Virus record (IMG/VR): IMGVR_UViG_3300034073_000569
Coordinates: 63,625 to 127,624 of that record
From: a virus
Direction: 5' to 3' (one strand)
DNA length: 64,000 bases
Each line of letters opens with the position of its first letter. Positions within the stretch are counted from its first letter, which is position 1. Under the pieces are notes generated by a model, which made no database searches, was not told the origin of the DNA, and saw only the letters and a program-made list of their open reading frames with translations. The position numbers and the translations under genes are program-made. Positions 46,468 through 57,900 of this stretch are shown piece by piece.

Positions 46468-48079
46468 CTATTATTGGCTTAATGATGAAAGCCGCAAGTT
46501 CCTTTCTAGAGGATATATTACAGAATCTCCTGAACAAAGGATTAAAGACATAGCTAGAATAGCTGAGAAGTATCTCAATGTTCCGGGCTTTGCACAGAAG
46601 TTTGAAGACTATATGAGCCGTGGGTTCTATAGTTTATCTACTCCAGTGTGGATTAACTTTGGTAAGCAAAAAGGTTTACCTATTAGTTGCTATGGTAGCA
46701 ACGTTGATGACAATCTAGATAGCATTCTTAATGCAGGTCGTGAGATTGGTATGATGTCTAAGTATGGTGGAGGTACTAGTGTATTCTTAGGAAACATTAG
46801 ATCCCGTGGCACTATCATCTCTACAGGAGGTACAGCAGATGGACCTGTACACTACGCTCGCATTTATGACACTGTAGTAGATGTTTGTAAACAGTCTGAA
46901 GCAAGACGTGGTGCATGTGCAGCATACCTTCCAGTAGAACATCCAGATATTTTAGAGTTCTTAGATATTGGTACAGAAGGTAATCTTATTCAGAACCTTC
47001 AGTATGGTATTACAGTAACTGATGCTTGGATCGAAGAGATGAAAGCAGGTGATCCTGACAAGCGTAAGATCTGGGCTAAGATTATCCAGAGACGTAATGA
47101 GTTTGGTTTCCCATACATTATGTTTAAAGATAACTCTAACAACAACTCTCCTTATAAAGAGTTAGGAATGGACATTACAGCAAGTAACTTATGCTCTGAG
47201 ATTCAATTACCTACAGACAGTTATAACTCTTTTGTGTGTTGTCTAGGGTCCCTAAATCTATTGCACTGGGATGAAATTAAACAAACAGATGCTATTGAAA
47301 CTTATACTCTGTTTCTTAATGCAGTGATTGATGAGTTCATTACTAAGGCTGCTACACTACCGGGCATGTCTAGAGCTCACAGATTTGCAAAGAACCACAG
47401 AGCAATTGGACTAGGTGTGCTAGGATATCATTCTTACTTACAGTCAAAGCTTGTAGAGTTTGAATCTATGCATGCTAAGATGTTAAACGTAGAGATATTC
47501 AAGACTATCAAAGAAAGATCTGATGCTACATCTAAGATGTTGTGTGAGACTAAAGGAGTTAAGTCTATTAGACCAGGTTATGCTAATACAACCCTAGTTG
47601 CTATTGCACCTACTAAGTCTAGTTCATTTATCCACGGTCAAGTTAGTATGGGTATTGAGCCTATTAAATCTAACTACTTTATCAAAGACTTAGCTAAGAG
47701 TAAGACTGTATACAAGAATCCTTTCTTAGAAGAAGAGCTTGAGAAATACAATCTTAATAACGCAGAGACATGGGACAGCATCCTTAAGAAAGATGGATCA
47801 GTACAGCATTTAGATTTTCCTACAAAAGCTGTATTTAAATCATTTATTGAGATTAGTCCTAAAGAGATTATCATCCAAGCTGCTGCAAGACAGAAGTTTA
47901 TTGATCAATCTCAGTCTTTGAATTTAATGATCCACCCAAGTATCCCAGCTAAAGACATCAACCAGCTGTATCTATTTGCTCATGAGCAAGGAGTAAAGAC
48001 TCTATACTATCAGTTTAGTATCAGTAGTGCTCAATCATTTACAAGAAACATTTTGGAGTGTGCTAGCTGTGAGGGATAA
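46454..48079 (+). CDS. nrdA: ribonucleotide reductase class Ia alpha subunit
   Basis: PISC, SNLCSEI, AIAPT, KTLYY, C-terminal CASCEG. Likely start MTYSNY at 46454. Confidence 0.95.
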   Translation: MTYSNYYWLNDESRKFLSRGYITESPEQRIKDIARIAEKYLNVPGFAQKFEDYMSRGFYSLSTPVWINFGKQKGLPISCYGSNVDDNLDSILNAGREIGMMSKYGGGTSVFLGNIRSRGTIISTGGTADGPVHYARIYDTVVDVCKQSEARRGACAAYLPVEHPDILEFLDIGTEGNLIQNLQYGITVTDAWIEEMKAGDPDKRKIWAKIIQRRNEFGFPYIMFKDNSNNNSPYKELGMDITASNLCSEIQLPTDSYNSFVCCLGSLNLLHWDEIKQTDAIETYTLFLNAVIDEFITKAATLPGMSRAHRFAKNHRAIGLGVLGYHSYLQSKLVEFESMHAKMLNVEIFKTIKERSDATSKMLCETKGVKSIRPGYANTTLVAIAPTKSSSFIHGQVSMGIEPIKSNYFIKDLAKSKTVYKNPFLEEELEKYNLNNAETWDSILKKDGSVQHLDFPTKAVFKSFIEISPKEIIIQAAARQKFIDQSQSLNLMIHPSIPAKDINQLYLFAHEQGVKTLYYQFSISSAQSFTRNILECASCEG

Positions 48080-48090
48080 AAACCAACACA

Positions 48091-48513
48091 ATGATTGATG
48101 AAATATTAACACAAGAAAGAGTAGGTCAAAAACCTAGGTTCTTTCTACACGATGAAGTAAAAACTTGGTTGGTAGATAATTTACAGACAACTGTACTCAC
48201 TCAGATCGAAATGACTGATTGGGTACAGTCTATGGCTAACATGGACCAACCTTATTATAATAGATATCTAGAAAGTCTACAACTACCTACTAGAATCAAT
48301 GTAATAACTATGACAACTTGTGATGGAGAAACTGTAGGGTATACTAAAACATCTACTTTTGATTTATCAGAGTATGCCAAAATTATAAAATCATCTGGTA
48401 AAAGAATAGATGAACTACAACAGAACATTACACAATTAGTTGATAACCAAAGAGTTATGCAACAAGAGTTAATAGAACTCAAAACAGAATTAGATTTACT
48501 TAAACAAAAATAA
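48091..48513 (+). CDS. hypothetical coiled-coil protein
   Basis: 140-aa ORF. Confidence 0.75.
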   Translation: MIDEILTQERVGQKPRFFLHDEVKTWLVDNLQTTVLTQIEMTDWVQSMANMDQPYYNRYLESLQLPTRINVITMTTCDGETVGYTKTSTFDLSEYAKIIKSSGKRIDELQQNITQLVDNQRVMQQELIELKTELDLLKQK

Positions 48514-48517
48514 AACA

Positions 48518-48820
48518 ATGGAAAACTTTAACACACTTATTGACAACGTAATTGGATGGGCAGAAGATAAGAACATCTTAAAGCCTGAGAACGCACCTAA
48601 ACAGATGCTTAAGGTTATGGAAGAAGTAGGTGAAACTGCTGGAGCCTTAGCTAAGAATAAGCAAGAAGAGCTTAAAGATGGTATAGGAGACGCATTTGTG
48701 ACCTTAATTATTCTAGCTAAACAAGTAGGTATGGAACCTGCAGAGTGTCTAGAAGCAGCTTGGAATGAGATTAAAAGCCGTACAGGTAAAACTGTAAACG
48801 GTGTATTTATTAAAGACTAG
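48518..48820 (+). CDS. MazG-like nucleotide pyrophosphohydrolase
   Basis: KVMEEVGE...DGIGD. Confidence 0.88.
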   Translation: MENFNTLIDNVIGWAEDKNILKPENAPKQMLKVMEEVGETAGALAKNKQEELKDGIGDAFVTLIILAKQVGMEPAECLEAAWNEIKSRTGKTVNGVFIKD

Positions 48821-48823
48821 AAC

Positions 48824-49264
48824 ATGAAGAAAGCTCTTTATTTAGATGACCAGCGTACCCCAACGGAAACTATTCCGGGGTACGAACCTTGGTTTGTAGT
48901 TAGAAACTACTCACAATTTGTAGAGTGGATTACTACTCATGGTATACCTGATCTTATATCATTTGACCATGACTTAGCTGACGAACATATTGATGATTAC
49001 TTTAGACAGAAGCTAGCACTAGGATACCAGCATCCAACCTATGATGAATACACTGAGAAAACTGGTCTAGACTGTGCTAAGTGGTTAGTAGAATATTGTC
49101 AGGAAAATAACGTACCTTTAAAAGGCTGTTCTGTACACAGTCATAATCCTGTTGGAGCTAGCAATATACATAGTTTACTCAACGGATTTAAAAAACATAT
49201 GGGTTTACCAGAAGATTGCTACATCGGTAAGCATCCATTTACAGTAGAAACAAAAACCAAATAA
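48824..49264 (+). CDS. cyclic-phosphate-processing receiver-domain protein
   Basis: LYLDDQR, ISFDHDL, TGLDCAKWL, VHSHNPVG. Confidence 0.8.
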   Translation: MKKALYLDDQRTPTETIPGYEPWFVVRNYSQFVEWITTHGIPDLISFDHDLADEHIDDYFRQKLALGYQHPTYDEYTEKTGLDCAKWLVEYCQENNVPLKGCSVHSHNPVGASNIHSLLNGFKKHMGLPEDCYIGKHPFTVETKTK

Positions 49265-49265
49265 T

Positions 49266-49469
49266 ATGCAGATTAACAAAATGCCAACAGTATCATTCTC
49301 TTTATTCAATGCAGACAGGAGTCTGTTTGGTATAGAGTGTGAAGTATTAAACATGTGTGATGGTATAAGACCAGATAAAAGTTTTATTTTAACCAGATAC
49401 GCATCTATAAGTTTTGGTATAGTCGTAGCTCTTATGACTATCAATATAAAATTAAAGGGGGATGTTTAG
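49266..49469 (+). CDS. hypothetical protein
   Basis: Last ORF before convergence. Confidence 0.6.
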   Translation: MQINKMPTVSFSLFNADRSLFGIECEVLNMCDGIRPDKSFILTRYASISFGIVVALMTINIKLKGDV

Positions 49470-49481
49470 TCCCCCTTTTTT
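49454..49481. terminator. bidirectional terminator at convergence
   Basis: AAAGGGGGA-TGTTTAG-TCCCCTTTTTT between convergent genes. Confidence 0.75.
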
Positions 49482-49482
49482 A

Positions 49483-52400
49483 TTAGTACCCTGGTTGGAT
49501 TCTTATATCCCAATCTTTTCTAAAGTCCTCATCATATGTAGCCATTAGAAGCATACCTTCTTTAGCTACTGGCACCATCTTAGTAAAATACTTCAATGGT
49601 TTTGCAGACTCTGTCCAATCCTCATTTCCGGATAACTGACCTCCAGCTTCTTTAGATAAAGCTCCTAAGAATCTAAACATGTCTTCAGCTAAACTGATTA
49701 CTGGCAAAGGAGACTTAGTTAATCTTGTAAATTCAATAGGGTTATAGTAGAATGCAAATTCATTGTAGTATTTTTTAAGAGCTCTAGCTAAATACTGTTT
49801 CATTCCTTTGTTTCTTCTATTACCATCATCTCCAGATACAATTGATAATACTGCTGCTGCAAATGCACTAAGTGTCATAAGCTCAGCTACCATAGAACGT
49901 AGATTACCAATATGGATATCTACAAACTCTCCTTCAGTGATAGTAAAGTCTTCTCCTTTCTCATATGCTTCACGCTTAAGTTCTTCATACTTATCTTTAG
50001 CTAACTGTACAGCATCGTCACCGAATCCAGACATAATAGCTTTAAGAAGCTTAGGAAGTTTTTTACTAAACACATGACCAAAGAATGAGTGGAACTTACC
50101 ATATGTCCAGTTCTGTAACTCATCGTCATACTTAAGTCCTTCAAATCTTTCTTCAACCATCTCTGGCATCCATGATCTAAACTGCATTAATGCTTGACCT
50201 AATAGAGTAGTTCTAATATTGTTAATATCATCTCTAGATTGGTTACCAACAATACGCTTGTTAACACCCTTAATCTTGTTTCTAAAGTCAGAAAATGTTT
50301 CACTATCTTTTTCTATTCCTGGTATGCTAAAATTACCATCTTTATCTAGCGTACCTTTTACATAAATACTTTCTTTATCTTGAAGCTCACCAACTTCTTG
50401 GTCAATCTTCTTCATCAAAGCTTTACGCTCAGCACTAGGTAAGTTATAAAACTCTGTATTATAATTATACTTAGCTTTTACAAACTGTTGTATACTAACA
50501 ATCTTACCATCTTGTACCATATGCTCCATCATCATAGCAATAGCTACCGGATACTGTACAGCTTTATCACCCATACGCATCATGATGTATGCATTTTCTG
50601 TAGTTAATACTCTGTTAGTTGCAGATAAGCTAAGCTCTTCTATCATAACATTTGTATTACCTTCACCAAGTACGTTCATGAACTTTAATGCGGCCCAAGC
50701 TTTCTTACTTCCTGATGCAGTGTACATAGCTTTAGCCCATGTCTTATTAGTAAAGTAAATACCTTTCTGAGCCATGAACAAAGCATTACCTGTACCACCA
50801 ACAAACTGTGCTGTACCAGACAATGGACTTAAAGCTAACGTCTTAAGACTAAAGAATCTCATAGCAGCTTGTGCTGACTTTAATAGAGAGTATTCCTTTC
50901 CTAATACTGTAAGCTTAGCATCATTATATTTACCACCAACTCTGTCATATAAGTAGAAGTTTGCAAACTCTTCAAAGATCTTAGCGTTTCTGTCATTGTT
51001 ATCTGCAGACTTAGCTTTACCGTTCTCAATTTTAACATTACCAAACTGATCTGTAACTAAGCTACGCTTGTTACGCTCTACATCTAAAATCATTTGTGTA
51101 GAGTCTTCAATCTCATGCATAGCCTCATAGTTATACATATGAGCTGACCATACGGCAAATACTTTAAACAAGTCTCTAGACTTTTTAGAGTAATCCACTT
51201 CTCCTGTCTCTTCATTCTTTACACCAATATCTGAAGTAAAGTATACAGGAATACGGTTAATGATAGTACCATCAGTTGGATCAATCTCTGGCGTATAAGT
51301 ATTACCAGCATCTACTTGTAGATTTTCAAATACACCTTTAGTAGAAAATAGATTTCTTACATCACCAAAAGCAAACTGATCAATTTTAGAAGCAAATACA
51401 GAAGGAATAAAGTTTTTAGAATTCTTATCTAACATACCTAAATCTTCTGCCTCATCAATTAATGTTTGGAAAAAATCATATACATCTTTAAGTGCTTGGT
51501 TCTCAGGCTTTTGTAAGTTTAACCACTTATCTGTAAGCCATTGATCAGCCGGTACTAAGAAACCATTAGTAGGATTAAGTAAAGCTTTAACATTAACCGT
51601 TCCGTTATCATTAACAACCTTATGATTAAGAGCCCACTCTTTAATCTTCTTTTGTACTATCTTCTCATTAGCTTGTTCATCTAAAGCATAACCAACACTT
51701 CTGAAGTTTTCTATAGTTCTTTTTTCTGCAGCCTCATACTTCTCCTTATCATAGTTCATATTATCTACAATCCACTTACTGTTACCAGCTAATATGGCTT
51801 TGTTCTTTTGTTCTCTGAACTCAGACTTATATTTATTTAAGAAGTTACCATTCCAGTTACCTTTATCATCTATCTGAAGAATCATCTCCATGGCTTTATC
51901 TGCAGACATTCCTCTAGCACTAGCCCATGTTAAAAACTTCTTCTTTAGAAGGACCATTTTAGCAGCTGTAGAATCAAACTTAGCATCTCTGTTATTCTGA
52001 ACTACACGTAATATCTTAGAAAATAATCTAAAGCTTTTCTGTGGTATATTACTTAATGCACTTAGTAAACCTCTATATGTACTAAGAGGAGCTTCTGCAT
52101 CTAAAATATTAAATATACCATTCTTCTTAGCTAAGTTGTCAACTTGTTCTTTTCTATAAACATCTAAGTCAGCAATAAGCTTTGTTACTCTTGACGTCAT
52201 AGTCAAGAATCTTTTATTAAGATCTTCATACTCAGCTACAGCACCTTTCTTTTTACTGTTTTTTGCTACGTTAAAGTATTGTTCTCTTAAGTCATAAAGC
52301 AACACACCTGACTCACTAAATACTTGTAAGATCTTAATAGCATCCTGAAGTTCTTTACCGCTTAATGTTTTATTATCAAGCATCTCAGCATACTTCTTAT

Positions 52401-54900
52401 ATTCCAAAAGACCTAACTCTACTAAACGATCTACTTTATTCTTAAGCTGCAAATCTCTGATAGCAACTCTAAGCTGAGCTAGCTCTTCACGTTTCTTATA
52501 AAGCTCTTCTTTAGTGTATCTTGTTTTATCAATCTTGTCATAGATACCATTTAGTTTCTCTAATAGACTATCCATTTGACTGTCCCCGGTACTTTCTGTA
52601 CGAAGAGTAACAGGTAATAAATAGCTTTTATCATCAGGAATTAAAGTAGGGTCAATATTACCAACCTCTAATTCTTTAATAGTATCAATCTGACCATTCT
52701 TTATAGTGAACTTAGTTCTCATAGGAATAGCACGAAGTTTTCCAAACTTCTGGAATCCATACTGCAGCTGTAAGATCTTACGATAGTTCTCTAGCTGTAT
52801 ACGATACATAGTTTCTTTGTAAGTCTTTAAGTCAGTTTGTGTCTTACCCACCTCTTGTGATTTCCAGTCATAGATATCTACAACACCATTAGGTTGGATA
52901 ACAACTAAGTCAATACTTCCACCAATCTTAGCTTTCTGATCAAACACTTTAACCTCAGACATAAACTGAGTACCTGGTTCATACTGAGCCATTACTGATT
53001 GAATGTAAGTATTCAATCTTGTGTATACTGCGTTTGGAAGAATAACATCTATAGGACCTTGTACATCACGCTTGCTACCATCATCATAAGTCCAGCTATT
53101 AACAATGTTCTGGATCTGCTCATGGATTACATCACCAAACTCAGCTTTATTTAAATCAATAAGCTTTTGTTTTTCTGATCTTTGGTCTGATCTAAATATC
53201 TTCTTAAGCCATCTATCTACATATGTAGAAGTAACTGACCCTTTGGCATTCTCACCTTTGTATTTATATATGTGTCTCTTCTGACCAGTTCTTGGATCAA
53301 TGCTATTATCTAATTCAATATTAGCCTGATCCATCTTTAATCCTTGAGTAGGATCTACTAACTGATAGTACTCTTCGTTTAACTGAATATCTGTATCTAA
53401 GAACTCAGTGTTACCATCTAGGATGTTTTCTGCAGCTGTCTCAAATGGATTGTCTTCAGACTTATTAAAGATCTCTTTAACAAAGTCCCATAACTTATTC
53501 CACCAACTCATCAAGAAGTTCATACGCTCTTGAGTCTCGTTGCCAGTCTGCATCTTAAGAATATGTTCAGCTATCACTTGACCAATAGCTTCTTTCTTAA
53601 TCTTATCAAAATTTATGGTACCATCAGCATTACGGTACGCAGCTTTGTTTTTATACTGTTCTACAGTTTGTGTATACACTTTGTATCCTGTAATTCTAGA
53701 TAACATCTCTTTGTACAAAGGATGGCCCGGGCCTAGCATCTCTACAAAAAAGTGAGCTGCTTCTTCAGGAAGTGTATCTAGTGATTCTAAACCATCTACT
53801 ACCTGAATAATCTTATTTAACATGTTAGCTTTAGCAGCTGCATCTTTTACAATATTACCTTGAGCATCTCTGATTACATCTACAGACTGAATAGCTACAC
53901 CAATCTTTTCTAAGAACTTAGTAATCTTATTCTTAACATCTTCTGGTCTTGTACCTTCTTCAATATCTTTTGCAGTTAAAGATGGAGATACAAATCTTCT
54001 AAAGCCTTCAATATCTTGTTTAGAACCTAGTACAAGAATTTGTTCTGGTTCAAATACAGCAATAGTGTCACCTTTTTCTTGACCAGCATCTTTGCCAACA
54101 ACTGAATCATATCCAGAGTTTCTAGACTTTACTACTCTAGGAGCAGTAAAAGCATCTGTATCATGCACCTCTTCTGGTACATCAGCAATCTCTGATGGAG
54201 CAGTGTATGGGTTTTGAATATTTACAACAGCTCTGATTATGTTTTCATCTTTACCAAAACTGAATTGATCTGAGTATTTCTTAGAAGTACTGAAGTAAGT
54301 AACGTATCCTTTGAATCCGTCTTTGATTAAGTCTTTTAAGAAAGTACCATGGTATACAATACTCTTTATCCTACTATTAGGAAACACAGTATTAAGGTAC
54401 TCTGAATATTGTTGAGGGCTACCAATAGATGCAAGCTCACGATTACGTCTAAAGAAAGCTTCTGAGTCTTCTTCAAGCTCACGAATCTCTGTAGTAAATG
54501 GAGTATTAAATAAGTAATCCTCATTCAATAACTGATCGTTTGTTTCTAAAGCATTATAGAACAATCTAACGTTACCGTTTCTATCTGTAAATAAACCATT
54601 TAAGATTTTAGGTTCACCGTTCTCATCTATATTTTTAGATACAAATCTTTCAACAGTCTCTAATGTACCGGCATCCATACCAGGGTCTTCACGTCTAATA
54701 CGCTCAAGTCTTTCCCAATCACCAAACCAGTCTTTAAACTTAGTGGTATACACTTGTGCCCAAAACTTAAGAGATTTCTCTTTAGCTTCAGGTCCCATAA
54801 TAGAAAGAATATCTTCGTAGAGTCTAGACTCTTTCCCGTTAGGGGCTAATACTCTTTCTATTTGTTTAGTCTCAGGATTACGAATTATACTACAACCCAT
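49483..54900 (-). CDS. giant polyvalent (probably virion-ejected) protein with ART-like, zincin-like and PD-(D/E)XK domains
   Basis: FKDWFGDW..DENGEP, VYHGT..YFST..NIQNP..YDSV..VFEPEQI, LPEEAAHF, GSIDLV..IYDWKS..YRIQLENY. Adjacent to the vRNAP. Confidence 0.8.
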   Translation of the reverse strand: MGCSIIRNPETKQIERVLAPNGKESRLYEDILSIMGPEAKEKSLKFWAQVYTTKFKDWFGDWERLERIRREDPGMDAGTLETVERFVSKNIDENGEPKILNGLFTDRNGNVRLFYNALETNDQLLNEDYLFNTPFTTEIRELEEDSEAFFRRNRELASIGSPQQYSEYLNTVFPNSRIKSIVYHGTFLKDLIKDGFKGYVTYFSTSKKYSDQFSFGKDENIIRAVVNIQNPYTAPSEIADVPEEVHDTDAFTAPRVVKSRNSGYDSVVGKDAGQEKGDTIAVFEPEQILVLGSKQDIEGFRRFVSPSLTAKDIEEGTRPEDVKNKITKFLEKIGVAIQSVDVIRDAQGNIVKDAAAKANMLNKIIQVVDGLESLDTLPEEAAHFFVEMLGPGHPLYKEMLSRITGYKVYTQTVEQYKNKAAYRNADGTINFDKIKKEAIGQVIAEHILKMQTGNETQERMNFLMSWWNKLWDFVKEIFNKSEDNPFETAAENILDGNTEFLDTDIQLNEEYYQLVDPTQGLKMDQANIELDNSIDPRTGQKRHIYKYKGENAKGSVTSTYVDRWLKKIFRSDQRSEKQKLIDLNKAEFGDVIHEQIQNIVNSWTYDDGSKRDVQGPIDVILPNAVYTRLNTYIQSVMAQYEPGTQFMSEVKVFDQKAKIGGSIDLVVIQPNGVVDIYDWKSQEVGKTQTDLKTYKETMYRIQLENYRKILQLQYGFQKFGKLRAIPMRTKFTIKNGQIDTIKELEVGNIDPTLIPDDKSYLLPVTLRTESTGDSQMDSLLEKLNGIYDKIDKTRYTKEELYKKREELAQLRVAIRDLQLKNKVDRLVELGLLEYKKYAEMLDNKTLSGKELQDAIKILQVFSESGVLLYDLREQYFNVAKNSKKKGAVAEYEDLNKRFLTMTSRVTKLIADLDVYRKEQVDNLAKKNGIFNILDAEAPLSTYRGLLSALSNIPQKSFRLFSKILRVVQNNRDAKFDSTAAKMVLLKKKFLTWASARGMSADKAMEMILQIDDKGNWNGNFLNKYKSEFREQKNKAILAGNSKWIVDNMNYDKEKYEAAEKRTIENFRSVGYALDEQANEKIVQKKIKEWALNHKVVNDNGTVNVKALLNPTNGFLVPADQWLTDKWLNLQKPENQALKDVYDFFQTLIDEAEDLGMLDKNSKNFIPSVFASKIDQFAFGDVRNLFSTKGVFENLQVDAGNTYTPEIDPTDGTIINRIPVYFTSDIGVKNEETGEVDYSKKSRDLFKVFAVWSAHMYNYEAMHEIEDSTQMILDVERNKRSLVTDQFGNVKIENGKAKSADNNDRNAKIFEEFANFYLYDRVGGKYNDAKLTVLGKEYSLLKSAQAAMRFFSLKTLALSPLSGTAQFVGGTGNALFMAQKGIYFTNKTWAKAMYTASGSKKAWAALKFMNVLGEGNTNVMIEELSLSATNRVLTTENAYIMMRMGDKAVQYPVAIAMMMEHMVQDGKIVSIQQFVKAKYNYNTEFYNLPSAERKALMKKIDQEVGELQDKESIYVKGTLDKDGNFSIPGIEKDSETFSDFRNKIKGVNKRIVGNQSRDDINNIRTTLLGQALMQFRSWMPEMVEERFEGLKYDDELQNWTYGKFHSFFGHVFSKKLPKLLKAIMSGFGDDAVQLAKDKYEELKREAYEKGEDFTITEGEFVDIHIGNLRSMVAELMTLSAFAAAVLSIVSGDDGNRRNKGMKQYLARALKKYYNEFAFYYNPIEFTRLTKSPLPVISLAEDMFRFLGALSKEAGGQLSGNEDWTESAKPLKYFTKMVPVAKEGMLLMATYDEDFRKDWDIRIQPGY

Positions 54901-54902
54901 AG

Positions 54903-57900
54903 TTATTTACCTTTTTTATTACATTTAACAGATTCATCCTCTTTTTTAGAGATAGTATCATCTACTTCCTTATTCTCGTTTAAGCTTTTTAAAGCATTCT
55001 CAGCTAGAGCCTTTAGACCATTGTTCTGAGTCTTCTCACCTGCTAATTCACCCATGGCTTTAATAAACCCTGGTTGTCTCATCAAGTCTTTAGCAGATAC
55101 ATATCCTTCAGATGCACTTAATGCAGCTTGTGTTTCTATCTGCATTACATTACCTGGTAAGATAGACTCTTGATCATCTTTATAGATCTCAAGCATACGG
55201 TTTCTATTTCCAGCTTTACCAATAGGAATGTATATGATCTTTCCTTTCTTATCTTTCTGTTCAGTCTTTTGGAACAAGATTGGTTGGAAAGCTTGAGCTA
55301 AGCTCTTATCTTTCTTCATCTTCTTGAATTCTTCCTTACTAATCTTAGGATCACGTACATATTTTACTAAGTAGTCATTAAGAATAATAGAACTATTAGC
55401 ACTAACAGCCAACTGACCACTCTTAATTCTTAACCAAGCTGGTGCTTTAGTTACAATTGATCTATTATACCAGTTGTTCTGATGGAAAGATTTCCATACT
55501 TGATCTACTGATATAGATGGGTCTAATTTAAATCTATCTAAGATTGTCTTTACAAGCTCAGAGTAAATCTCAGTACTTAGTACCTTCTTATAGTCAATAA
55601 AACTACTTTGTAAACCTGACTGCAATATACTAAATTTAGCTAGGTCATCAGCAAATTTAACTAGGTTATCATCAGCTGTTTTTTCACCGTAACTTCTTAA
55701 GTTATTATAGGCTTCTATAACATTGTTAATCTGGAAAGTATCCATCTTATTTCTGAACAACATGATGTTATCTGTCTTAGTAGCATCATCTGTCATTAAC
55801 GGTACTAACTCCTTGATAATCAAGTTGTCAGAGATGTTTGGATCTTCTGAGTTCTTATACTTGTACAATGCACTAGCAAAAGAATTCTCTCCTGTAAATA
55901 AGTCTTTATATAAACTGTTCAATGTTTCTTGCTTTCCTTCAGCGTTCATATACGGTGTAGTATGAAGTAAGTAAGCAATCACAAAGTTTTGGTATCTATT
56001 AATCAAGTTAATAGCATCATCCTTCATAATAAAGAACTCTGGATTATCTATCTTATCATACAATGGTTGGAATACCTCTTGGATCTCAGGAGACAATGTA
56101 ATAAAGAAGTTTCTAAACATGCTGAAGATATCTTCTTTTTGCTCCTTCATCTCTCCTAAGAAAGTACTCTCTAGAATAGAATCCGGGTTGTTAACAAAGT
56201 TCTCTTGTTTAGATCTTTCCCAACGACCAATTTGTAACATGTTTTCTTGTACAGTTTTAGTCTTATTGGTATCATATCCAATAGCTTGCATGAAGTTAGA
56301 CATTAATCTAGCTTGTGCTTCATACTCTACATAGTCCATAATTACAGCAATTTGTAATCTTGGATCAGCATTGCTACCATCTTTAATAGCTTTAACTAAT
56401 TCTTTACTATCAAATGTCTCAACGCTATCTCTGATCTCATTGAGCTCAGCTAAGATAAGTTTTTGTAACGCATCTTCTTGAGCTTTAGATGATTGAGCAG
56501 CTCCAGCAAGCATAGCCTCTAAGTCACCACCTACTACTTTATTATAGTAAGGTGCAATAACCTTATAGAATAATTCTTTTCTAGTTAAGTTCTCACCATT
56601 AATAACTTTAAATGAAGATCTATTCTTAGACGTTTCTGTAAACAAGCTATCTAAGATAGGTTGACCAAAGAAATAAGCTAACTCATCTACTGGTACACCA
56701 TGGTGTTGTAAATAGAACCAAGTACTAGCTGTATTCAATGAGAAGTTTAAGTCAAATACAAATGGATCTTTAGCACCATCCACAAAGCCAGATAAGGCTT
56801 GTGAGATAAGTTCACTAATAAATGCACCTGCTTTATCTAGTCTATGACCAATTGAGTATAGACCATTCTCATCTCTACCGTGGTGAGTAAGCTTAATGTT
56901 TACTGTTTTAGTATCTTCTCCTTTAGCATTTAAGTAATAGATGCTCTTAGAACTATATCTATTGTTTAACTTAAGACCACTAACTTGAGCCATTACGTGG
57001 AATGTAGAATGTACTGCTGCAATACCTACCATTCTCTTAGCTGTTAAGTAACGCTCACGAATACTGTTAGATCCAATAAATGTTCTTAAGTATGTAGGAG
57101 ACTTCTCATCTTCTAGTTGTTTAGTACCAGCTTCAACTTTCCATCCTTTAATCTCTTCTGCAAGATCTTTAAGAGTATCCGTTGTATTTGGAGCTACAAG
57201 TTGAGCATAGTTCTCTGGTCTAAGAATAAGTTCAGACATGATGTTGATTAACTTATTCTGTAAGCTTTCCTTAGTACCAAGCGTAGGCTTAATGTAACGG
57301 ATAACCTTTTGTCCTTTTACAGAAGCATTATATCTAGAAAGACTAGCCTTAATAAACGCTAAGTCTTCTTGTGTTTCTTTAGAAGCACTAATATCACTTA
57401 AGCTAGTTTTAGCTCCTTTGACAATCTTGCCTCTATCTGTATATGTAGATTCATTGATCTGCTTGAACTGCTCTGGTGTAATAACGTTCATTACGTTATC
57501 TGCATATGTTTGATCAGCACCAGAAGAGATCATATCATTAATCATGAAATCTCTAAAGTCTTTACCAGAGTAATCTTTACCAAGAATATCTACAAAGTAA
57601 TTACCTAAATAGATATTAAGCTTATCTATATCAAAGTCAGATCCAGCTTTACCAACAATCTCAGAAGGAACTACAATCATATCACCATTAGTGGTAGGAG
57701 TAAATCCTTTAATGATAATACTTTCAATTGAGTTCATACCCTGTGTAGGAATACGGAAACCAATAGCTTTAAGTAGCTCATTATCAATACCTTTGATACC
57801 ACCTTCTGGCATTAAATAAATACCATTTACTAATTTTAATCCTAACTCTTCTGGAGTAACCTCAGTAAAAGGCCATGTAATATACATCTCTACACCTTGA

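Noticed and set aside
37394-48079. Inteins or introns in PolB or RNR
   Set aside because: Lengths and motif spacing are compact, and no C...HN intein ends or ORF breaks were seen.
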